A stretch of DNA of 33,005 nt from Paraspadella gotoi (Eukaryota; Animalia; Chaetognatha), in the NCBI GenBank assembly GCA_051294375.1, contig JBJCIZ010000744.1, positions 2,157,541 to 2,190,545 of the forward strand. The letters run 5' to 3'. The translations under genes were made by a program, and so were the position numbers. Each line of letters starts with the position of its first letter. Position 1 is the first letter of the stretch. Shown in pieces: positions 23,815 to 33,005 of this stretch. The notes beneath the pieces are model-generated. The model was not told where the DNA came from and made no database searches. It saw only the letters and a list, made by a program, of their open reading frames with translations.

Positions 23815-25070
23815 AGGGAGCGAGAGTGATCTCAGGATGAGTAGGTGAAGTTTGAAGTGGCGAAGGGGTAACGGTAAGGAAGTGGGGGCGGTGAATCATA
23901 GCTATGGTCGCGGCACGTTCACAGAAATCCGAAAGAGTCACCAAAGACTGTGAGAGTAGAAATCTATTCATTCTCGTCGGAATTTGAAAAAATCTAAATT
24001 GAAAAAAAAAAAGAAATTCAGTTAAGTGATCAGTTCACCAAGAGTTCTCGATTTGTCGTATTTGATTTAGAAGATTTAATTAAAACTAAAGACATAATTA
24101 AGAGTTAAATCAATCTAGTATATGTGCGGCTAAGTTAGTATATATAATTAGTGTCATCAGGTTTTAAAATACAAAAGATAAAATTTGTTGGAAGTGAAAC
24201 CGAATCGAGGTTGTCTAATAAGCGGAGAGCACTCTAGGGTACTGGATAATGACCCAAATCCGAGTTCGCCACTCTGACCTTTAAAATCTCAAATCTCAAA
24301 TCTCTGATCACTCCATCTCAATGTACTTAAAAATGGATTCTCTCTCGAGGCCCGTTATCCGCACCGTCTCCTTCAGCAGCCCCGCCCCGTCGCCGCGGCT
24401 GGTTCCGAGCTAATCACGTGGAACCGGCGCGTGACTGATAGGACCTTGTCCTGGAGAAGGGGGAATGTTCATCTCACGTTCCGGACGGAGAATACGCAAA
24501 ACGCTGCGGGAGAGAGGAGGAGAAGAGAAAGAGGAGAGAGAGAGAGAGGAGAAGAGAGGAGAGGAGAAGAAGAGAAGAGAGAGGGAGAAGAAGAGAGAAG
24601 AGGAGGGCAGCGAGGTGCTGTCGCACGAGATTTTCGGAAATTAGGAGGAATAGGACGGGGGAAGGGATGCAGGCGGATGGGATGTAAGAAAAGGAGGAGA
24701 GAGAGAGGGGGTCGGTCTCGAAAACATAAGAAGATTCCAGAGAGTAGAGAGAAGGTTGTGAAAAGTGTCTGTTTGTTTGAGTTTCTCTGTGACGAGAGCG
24801 GACATAGAGAGAAAGAGAGGAGAGAGAAGAGACAGAGAGAATTAAAAGAGAGAGAGAGGGTATTATATTTGGGAAGGACGTGGCTTCAGTCTCTGTTTGA
24901 AGGAAGAGCGAGATCAATGGACAGAGAGAGAGAAGAGGAGAGGAGAGACGGGAGGAGAGAGAGGAGAGATTGGAAGAGAGAGAGAGAAGCGGGAGAGGGA
25001 GAAGAGAGGAGGAAGAGGGCGAGGCAGAATGAGGGAGGAGAGAAGAGGCATCGCGGAGAAAGGAGAGAGA

Positions 25071-25105
<35 letters not shown>

Positions 25106-25662
25106 GGAGATAGAGAGAGATGGCGAAAAAGTCGTTGTGGCCGCAAACTCCTATACGAAGATCAATGAGTGGAACGCGAAATCGATTTGACTTCGAAGAG
25201 AGGAGATAGAGAGGAAAAGAAGAAGAAGAAAAGAAAAAGAAAGGAACAGTTTTTTGACGTTTCGCTTCATCGACGTCGGCGGAAGAAGAGAAACAACAAC
25301 AACAAAGAGAACGAAGTTTGCGGGGCAGGCCATTTTGCGATGAAATGCGCGTGCGATAGTATAAGGAGCATCGGAAATGCGGCGGATGTATGTAGTGATT
25401 TGAAGTCCGGGCATGGAGAGGAAGATGCCGAGGGAGTTGACGAAAAATGCTGATATTCAGATTGAATAAAATCAAATTAAATAAATAGCTATATAAAATT
25501 TAACTTAACATGTCAATTTTATCACGGTTATTCTTGAATTCATTGAACACACACACAACCAAAAGAAAATCAAAGTAGTAATGGAAAGAGAAACTTTGAG
25601 AGCTGGTGCGTGGGCAAACGAAAATTATTTTTCAAAACTTGATTGCACAACACCCACCCCCC

Positions 25663-25663
<1 letters not shown>

Positions 25664-25704
<41 letters not shown>

Positions 25705-25740
25705 AAAAAAAAAAAAAAAAAAAAAAAAAAAGAAAAAAAA
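25664..25740. repeat. 77-bp poly(A) tract with two interruptions
   Basis: Direct. Confidence 0.95.
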
Positions 25741-26134
25741 GTGCAGCAAAGTTTTGCTTCTAGTTTTTGTCCGCAGAAATCAACAGACATTTCTGCAAAG
25801 TTTCGGAGAGACGATCTAGGAGTAGGACTTTTGGAAATAGAGGGAGAATGAGAGAGGAGGAGGAGAGAGAGAGGAGAGAGAGAGAGAGAGAGATGGAGTT
25901 AGAGGAGGAGAGGAGAGAGAGAGAGAGAGAATGTTTTGGAAGGGTTGACCCAAAAACGGCGTTAAGGAAGTTGAACGCCGCGGGCCGGCGTCGTTGAAAA
26001 CTGTCGTTGTCGTCGTTGTCGTCGTTGTTTACGTCGTCGATCGTTCATTCGTCGTCATCGTCAATCGTCATCGTCGTTCATCGTCATTCGCTCGTCGTCA
26101 TCGTCGTCGTTCGTCGTTCGTCGTTCGTCGTTCG

Positions 26135-27101
26135 TCGTTCCCGGTCGGTCGTCTTCCTGTGATGGATTTAATTCATTGCAGAATGTTTCTTCCAGTCTAT
26201 GATTTTTTTCTCCGCCATTCTCGCCACGGACTTCAACGCGTGTCGTCGACCCGACAAGACGGAGCGACCGACAGGACTACCGACACCGGACAGACCGACA
26301 GGACCGACCGAGAATTGACCCAACAAACTCACCCCCGACGCGTCACATTCTCGACTCGTTTCCTCTCCTAATCATAAACTTATCTTTCTTCGTAGAATGA
26401 TTTTTACTCTGGGGTTCACAATAACTCGTTTCGTTGGCGATGTTCGAACGAAAAGTTTCACAAAATAAACCTTCAGCGTTCTCAGATTCTCACACGATGT
26501 TACCCTTTATCCACGGCTTCACATTGCAGCCCCCCCGTTTTGTATTCTCTTAGCCTATCACGCCCTTCAAACCCTCTCACGCCTACACCGCCATCCCTCA
26601 CAATCCCCAAGTGAAGCGAGAAGATCGTTAGAGTTCCGCCGAAAAACTCTCTCTCTTTCCGTTTCTTCTCTCTTCTCTTCCTACTCGTCTCTCTCTCGCG
26701 TCTCTCTCTCGTCTCTCTCTCGCATCTCTCCTCGGTCTCTCTGCTCTCGTCGTCGTCTCTCTCTCTCGTCTGCTCTTCACATCGCTAAGATCTCACTTTG
26801 TTTCTTTCTCTGGCTCAGCCCGTCCCGGCGATTTGGCAGAGTTCGGACAATTTTACGTAACTGGTTGCGAACGCGTTTTGAAGGTTTGATGCAGTTATAT
26901 AAAAGTAAAAAGTACACATTAAAAGTTCACATTCAATTTTTTTACGTTGTTGTCTATAGCCTGTAGTTTTTATTCAAAGTAAATATCCGTATATTGTATT
27001 TAGTTGAGCAGCTTGTTTGCAAAAACTTACTCGAAATCAAGTTTCCTCGAAATGCCAAAAGAAGTGATATCGGGGAAATTAGCCTTCTCTCTCTCTTGCT
27101 C

Positions 27102-27151
<50 letters not shown>

Positions 27152-27265
27152 CTCTCTCCCCCCTCCCACCACTCGAACCGAAGAACCGAAAAACAAACTC
27201 TTTTGCGATAATTTAATCAAATCCTCGATGTGACGATTCGCGTGAAGGTCGTTAGGGTGGAGAAT

Positions 27266-27299
<34 letters not shown>

Positions 27300-27626
27300 G
27301 ATGAGAGAGAAGACGAGAGGAGGAGAACGGACGGGAGAGAGAGAGAAGAGAGAGGAGACCTTCAAAGTGGCGCCATCAGTCCGTTTCTCTTGTGAGCCCG
27401 AATGACGGAACCAGCCCTGAATATATTTAGCGTCGGCCGGAAAAAAATACCAGAAACCTTAAAAAATTACTTGGAAAGTATTCGTATATTCATCGCCATT
27501 TTGCCTCATGTGTGAATTTATGGTATAAGTTTGTTCAAATGAATTTACAAATAGAGAGTTGGCGATAGAATTAAATTAGAATTGGAGAGAATTGCTCTAT
27601 AGTTCTAAAAATAGATTACATTTGTT
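26135..27626 (-). repeat. left arm of a ~1.4-kb inverted repeat (reverse complement of 31632-33005; partly also of 14014-15000)
   Basis: For example, catcgccattttgcctcatg (~27491) vs catgaggcaaaatggcgatg (~31740), and tccagtctatgatttttttctccgccattctcgcc vs ggcgagaatggcggagaaaaaatcatagactgga. Confidence 0.9.
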
Positions 27627-27910
27627 CGTCGTGGCGTCGTCGTCAGTCGGTCGTTTCGCCATCGAAGGTTCGACTCGCCCCGAGGCGACAGAAAAACGAA
27701 GATCGCGATCTCCGATCATACTCTCTCTCTCATGGCTCTCTATCTCTCTCTCTCCTCTCTCTTTCTCTCTCTTCTGCCGGTCAGTGTCACGTGCGCCGAT
27801 GACGTCCCCGATATACGGGAATCAACGGCGTCGCGGAAAGAACGCCGTGACCTTTTCCACAGTGAGGGTTGGGGATGGAGGGAGAAAGAGGGGGAAGGGG
27901 AGGAAAGGGC
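27627..27910 (-). repeat. reverse-complement copy of ~13015-13330
   Basis: gtcacgtgcgccgatg, gggaatcaacggcgtcgcgg and agatcgcgatctccga all match copy A in reverse. Confidence 0.85.
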
Positions 27911-30871
27911 GGCTCGATAGCTGTAGGCCCTGTGAGTATTTTTCCGGTTCATCCACCCTACTAAGCTCTTAGTAGTTGTAGTCGTTCTGCTCATAGGCGA
28001 GGGGCCGCTGTGATGATTTTCCGTCATCCACCCGTAGCTGAAGCTCGGTTAAAGTTTAGTTCGTTTCTGGCTCGATAGCGAGGCCCCCTGTGATATTTTT
28101 TCGCGTCCAATCCACCCTAACTAAGCTCTATATAGTGTATTATCGTTCTGGCTCGTGATTTAGCGTAGGCCCGTGTTGATATTTGTCGCGGTCGAGTGCC
28201 ACCCTTACTAAGCGTCTGGTATAGTGTAGGGTGTTCTGGCGTCGATAGCGAGGGGCCCTGTGATATTGTCCGTCATTTGATTTTTCCCGCAAGAAACCCT
28301 TTAAACCTTAAAAAAGCCTTTATTTTTTCGTATAGTGTGAGTCGGTTCTGGCTCGGATAGCGAGGCCCTGTTGATATTTTCCGTTTCATCCACCCTTACT
28401 AAGCTCTGTATAGTGTTAGTCGTTCTGGTCGATAGCGAGGCCCTGTGATATTTTCCGTCATCCACGCCTACAAGCTCTATAGTTGTAGGTCGTTCTTGGC
28501 TCGATAGCGAGCCCTGATGATATTTTCCGTCATCCACGCCTGACTAAGCTGGCTTATAGTGTGGTCGTTGCTGGCTCAGATAGCGAGAGGCCCTGTAGAT
28601 ATTTTCCGTCATCCACCTACTAAGCTTCGTATAGTGTAGTCGTTCTGGCTCGATAGCAGAGGCCCTTTGATATTTTCCGCATCCACCTACTAAGCTCCTA
28701 TATAGAAATGATAGTCGTTCTGGCTCGAATTTAGCGAGGCGGCCTGTGATGATTTACCGTCAGTCGACGCCTACGTAAGGCTCGTTGTATAGTGTAGTCG
28801 TGTCTGGCTCAGATAGCGAGGCCCTGTGATATTTTCCGTCATCCACCCTTACTAGCTCTTTTAGTGTAGTCGTCTGGCTCGATAGGCGAGGGCCCTTGTG
28901 ATATTTTCGTCATCCCACCTACATAAGCAGTCTTATAGTGGTAGTCGTTCTTGGCTCGATAGCGAAGGCCCTGTGATTATTTTCCGTCGATGTCCACCCT
29001 GACTTAAGCTCTTTATAGTGTAGTCGGATTCTTTGCTGCGGATAGCTAGGCCCTGTGATATTGTTCCCGTCATCCACCCTTACAAGCTCTTATAGTGTAG
29101 TCGTTCTGGCTCGATAGCGAGGGGCCCTTGTGATATTTTCCGTCATCCACCCTACTAAGCCTCTTATAGTGTAGTCGTTCTTGGCCATACTGAGGCCCTG
29201 TTATATTTCCGTCATCCACCTACTAAGCTCTTATAGTGTAGTCGTTCTGGCTCGATATCGAGGCCCTGTGATATTTTTCCGTCATCTACCCTACTAAGCT
29301 CTATATACGTGTAGTCTTCTGCTCGGATAGCGGAGCCCGTGATATTTTCCGTCATCCACCCTACTAAGCTCTAGGGTATGAGGATGGGTAGTCGGTTCTG
29401 GGTCGAGTAGACGAGGCCCCTGTGATATTTTCCGTCATCCACCCCTGAGCTAAAGCTCTTTATAGTGTAGTCGTTCTGGGCTCGATAGCAGCCCTGTGAT
29501 ATTTTTCCGTCATTCCATCGCCTACTAAGCTCTTATAAGTGTAAGTCGTTCTGGCTCGTGCGAGGCCCTGTGATATTTTCCGCTTCAATCAACCCTTACT
29601 AAGCTCTTAGTAGTTAGTCGTTCGGCTCGGATTAGCGAGGCCCTGTGATAGTTTTCCGGTCATTCCACTCGCTACTAAGCTCTCATAGTTAGGTCGTTCT
29701 GCTCGATAGCGAGCGCCCTTGTGAGTATTGTTCCGTCATACCAGCCCTACTAATGCTCTCATAGTGTAGTCGTTTCGCTCGATAGCAGAGGCCCTGCTGA
29801 ATATTTTCCGTCATCGGCACCCTACTAAGCGTCTCATAGTGGTAGTCGTTTGCTGGCTCGGATTGCGAGAGGGCCTGGTGATAGTTTTTCCGTCATGCCA
29901 GCCGCGATGACTAAGGCTGTCATTAGAGTTAGTCGTTTCTGGCTCCATAGCGAAGGGCCCTGTGAATATTTTCCGTCATCCAGCGCCTACTAGACTCTAA
30001 ATATAGTGATAGTCGTCTGGCTCGATAGCGAGGGCCCTGTGATTAAGTTTTACGTCATCCACCCTACTAAGCTCTCCTAGTGGAGTCGTTCTGGCATCGA
30101 AGCGAGGCCCTGTGAATTATTTTCCGTCATGCCACGCCTACTTAAGCTCTGAGTATAGGAGTCGTTCTGGACTCGAAATAGCGAGCCCGGTGTGATAGGT
30201 GTTCCGTCGATCGCACCCTACTAACCTGTGTATGGATGTAGTCGTTCTGGGCTCAGATGAGCGAGGCCCTGAGTGAAATTTTCCTCATCCACCCTACTAA
30301 GCTCTAATAGTGTAGTACGTTCTGGCTCGATAGCGAGGGCCCATGTTACTTGAATATTTTCCGTCAATCCACCCTACTAAAGCTCTATAGATGTGAGTGC
30401 GTTCTGCGCGCTCGATAGCGGGCCGCTTGTTGATATTTTCCGTCGATTCCACCGCTACTAGAGCTGGCTTATAGGTGTAGTGCGTTTCACATGAGCTCGA
30501 TAAGCGAGGCCCTGTGATATTTTCCGTCATCCACACTACTAAGCTCTATATAAGTGTAGTCGTTCGTGTGGGCTCGTGGATAGCGAGGCCCTGTGATATT
30601 TTCCCTGATCATCCACCCCTTGACGTAAGCTACTTATAGTGTAGTCGTTCTGGCTCGATAGCGAGGGCCCTGTGATATTTTCCGTCATCAACCCTACAAG
30701 CTCTAATAATAAGTGATAGTCGTTCTGGCTCGAATAGCGGCCCTGTGATATTTCCGTCATCCACCCTACTAAGCTCTTTTTTTATTAGTGTTAGTTCGTT
30801 TTCTGGCGTCTGATTAGCGATTGCCCTTTGATATTTTCGTTGCATTCCTACCTCTACTAAGCTCTTATAGT
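27911..30871. repeat. ~70-bp tandem satellite, ~38 copies
   Basis: Consensus ctggctcgatagcgaggccctgtgatattttccgtcatccaccctactaagctcttatagtgtagtcgtt; head-to-tail; variation is mostly scattered insertions. Confidence 0.97.
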
Positions 30872-31047
30872 TGATGGTTAGTGTTGGGGGTATGGTGGCT
30901 TTGTTTTGGGGAAGGTTGTAGGTTTTTATGGGTAGATTGGAAGTTATGAGAGATGAGAGTGTTGTTGTGTGTGTGTGTTGTGAGATAGTAATGATTGGAT
31001 AGGTGAGAGAGTGATTGAGAGAGTAGAGATAGATGTAGAGGTATGAT
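30872..31047 (-). repeat. noisy reverse-complement copy of ~12850-13010
   Basis: ggggaaggttg...ggtttttatggg...ttatgagaga...(GT)n...(GA)n mirrors (CT)n-(CA)n-ctctcataaac...cctaaaaaccc...caaccttcccc. Confidence 0.65.
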
Positions 31048-31072
31048 NNNNNNNNNNNNNNNNNNNNNNNNN

Positions 31073-31105
<33 letters not shown>

Positions 31106-31881
31106 TAATGAATCAGCCGACGTCGGGTCCGACTCGAAGGATATCGATGTTGCCTTTTACCGACATCTTCGTTGCCTCTACGATACTCTTTTTATGCTCA
31201 AATTCACCGAGTCCAAAGCTCTCTCTGTCTCTCACTCTTCCTCTCTCTTTTTAGTTGCGCCGCGAGTACTCGCGGAGCAACTCTATAGGTCACTTTTTGG
31301 TCCGTCGGTCCGTCGGTCCATAGGTATGTCTGTCCATCGGTCTGTCCCACTTACGTTAAAAATGCTTATAACTTGCTTATAGTTTGTTGCTCATTTGTTA
31401 AAAATCAAATCTAAGCGACTACTGGCGCCGCCTTTTGTTTTTTAAAAAAAGATAAGTAAAAAGAAAAGTAATGCGGCGCAACACCTTGGAATAACCATTC
31501 CTTGTTCTTTTGATCGAATGCCGGAGAAAAAAAGAAAACCGGATGCTGCTTTTTCCAAACATTATAGTTGCAAGGGATTTACGAAAGTGTAGACAAAAGT
31601 AGCGAAAAGCAAAAAAGTCAATTGGTCAGGAAACAAATGTATCATTTTTAGAACCTAAGAGCAATTCTCTCCAATTCTATTTAATTCTATCCAATTCTAT
31701 CTTGTAAATTCAATTGAAAAACTTATATCCATAATTTAACATGAGGCAAAATGGCGATGAATAAGCGAAACATTTCCAAGTAAATTTTTAAGGTTTCTGG
31801 TATTTTTTCGCCGACGCTAAATAATTCAGGCGGTCTCCGTCATTCGGGCTCCAAGAGAACACGGATGATGGCGCCACTTGA

Positions 31882-31917
<36 letters not shown>

Positions 31918-32107
31918 NNNNNNNNNNNNNNNNNNNNNNNNNNNNNNNNNNNNNNNNNNNNNNNNNNNNNNNNNNNNNNNNNNNNNNNNNNNNNNNNNNN
32001 NNNNNNNNNNNNNNNNNNNNNNNNNNNNNNNNNNNNNNNNNNNNNNNNNNNNNNNNNNNNNNNNNNNNNNNNNNNNNNNNNNNNNNNNNNNNNNNNNNNN
32101 NNNNNNN

Positions 32108-32143
<36 letters not shown>

Positions 32144-33005
32144 ATTCGGATATCATTTTCGCCATTTGGAGGAAACTTGATTTCGAGTAGTTTTGACAAC
32201 AAGCTGCTCAAACTAAATACAATATACGGATATTACTTTTGAATAAAAACTACAGCTATAGCACAACAACGTTATAAAAATTGAATGTGAACTTTAATGT
32301 GTACTTTTACTTTTATATAAGCTGCAATCAAACATTAAAACGCGTTCGAACAGTTACGTACAAAATTTGTCCGAACTCTGCCAAATNNNNNNNNNNNNNN
32401 NNNNNNNNNNNNNNNNNNNNNNNNNNNNNNNNNNNNNNNNNNNNNNNNNNNNNNNNNNNNNNNNNNNNNNNNNNNNNNNNNNNNNNNNNNNNNNNNNNNN
32501 NNNNNNNCGGAAAGAGAGAGAGTTTTTCGCGAACTTAAACGATTTCTCGTTCACTGGGGAGTTGTGAGGGATGGCGGTGAGGCTGTGAGAGGGGTTGAAG
32601 GGCGTGAAGGCTAAGAGAATAAAAAAGGGGGGGCTGGGCAATGTGAGCGTGATAAAGGGTACATCGTGTGAGAACTGAGAAGTGAAGGTTTATTTTGTGA
32701 ACTTTCGTTGAAATCGAAAGAAACGAGTTATTGTGATACCCAGAGTAAAATCATTCACGAAGAAAGATAAGTTTATGATAGGAGAGGAAACGAGCGAGAT
32801 GTCGACGGCGCGGGGGTGAGTTTGTTGGGCAATCCTCGGTCGGTCTGTCGGTCTGTCGGTCGGTCGGTCTGTCGGTCGGTCCGTCTGTCGGTCGACCGAC
32901 AGCGTTGAAGTCCGTGGGCGAGAATGGCGGAGAAAAAATCATAGACTGGAAGAAAAAATTTGCATGAATTAAAATTCCATCAACGGAAGACGACCGACGA
33001 ACGAC
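31073..33005 (+). repeat. copy D of the large unit (homolog of ~13370-14940 and onward); includes the right arm of the inverted repeat and a (CGGT/CTGT)n tract at ~32817-32892
   Basis: Collinear anchors gacgataatgaatc, ccgacatcttcgttgcctctac and gaatgccggagaaaaaaagaaaaccggatgctgctttttccaaac. Confidence 0.9.

Larger units (their letters stand above)
15155..24345 (+). repeat. copy B of the large complex repeat unit (direct duplicate of 3463-~12860)
   Basis: Continuous collinearity of unique spacers and of all internal minisatellites, except the inverted cassette. Confidence 0.93.

Noticed and set aside
28277-28330. Apparent unique insert within the 70-bp array
   Set aside because: It reads as a homopolymer-stuttered version of ccaccctactaagctct (aaa-ccc-ttt-aaa-cc-tt-aaaaaa-g-cc-ttt), i.e. 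probably a burst of sequencing error.
29229-29246. T7 promoter-like ACGACTACACTATAAG on the minus strand (synthetic contamination)
   Set aside because: It needs two insertions relative to ACGACTCACTATAG and lacks the TAAT start; no SMRTbell or nanopore adapter was recognised. A UniVec screen is still advisable.
27911-30871. Hammerhead ribozyme/retrozyme in the 70-mer
   Set aside because: The plus-strand consensus has CTGTGA and no GAAA (the CTGATGA at ~28514 is a one-off insertion variant). The minus-strand GGATGACGGAAA lacks CUGA and has no room for stem II.
5-32942. The many ER-, SL-, K-, D- and X-rich ORFs (e.g. 24474-25475 333 aa, 24431-25168 245 aa, 18047-18667 206 aa)
   Set aside because: They are translations of stop-poor microsatellites or N gaps, show no recognisable domains, and frames are not preserved between duplicate copies.

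Overview
Eukaryotic non-coding DNA, extremely rich in microsatellites ((GA/CT)n, (GAC/GTC)n, (GAAA)n, (TTA)n), with eight N gaps and indel-type noise typical of poorly polished long reads. The composition resembles very SSR-rich invertebrate genomes such as penaeid shrimp, but this is inference only. No credible protein-coding gene, rRNA, intact tRNA, transposase/RT or CRISPR array was found; nearly all long ORFs are translated microsatellites. The window is dominated by partial copies of one very large (>12 kb) non-coding unit: copy A ~3463-15050, copy B 15155-24345, a minus-strand continuation ~24346-31047, and copy D 31073-33005. The unit carries several minisatellites (53, ~62, 32, 29 and ~88 bp), some differing in copy number between A and B. 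Most notable: (1) a ~230-bp cassette flanked by inverted (CT)n/(GA)n tracts lies in opposite orientations in A and B, and a larger ~6.7-kb inversion also starts at a (CT)n tract; (2) a ~3-kb array of ~38 copies of a hairpin-rich 70-bp unit interrupts a sequence that is contiguous in copy A; (3) a 16-bp-phased array of YY1/Pho motifs sits next to a GGCGCC cluster, an ETS-CRE site and a GAGA tract. All structural differences could still be assembly artefacts and need read-level confirmation. Alignments and counts were done by eye.
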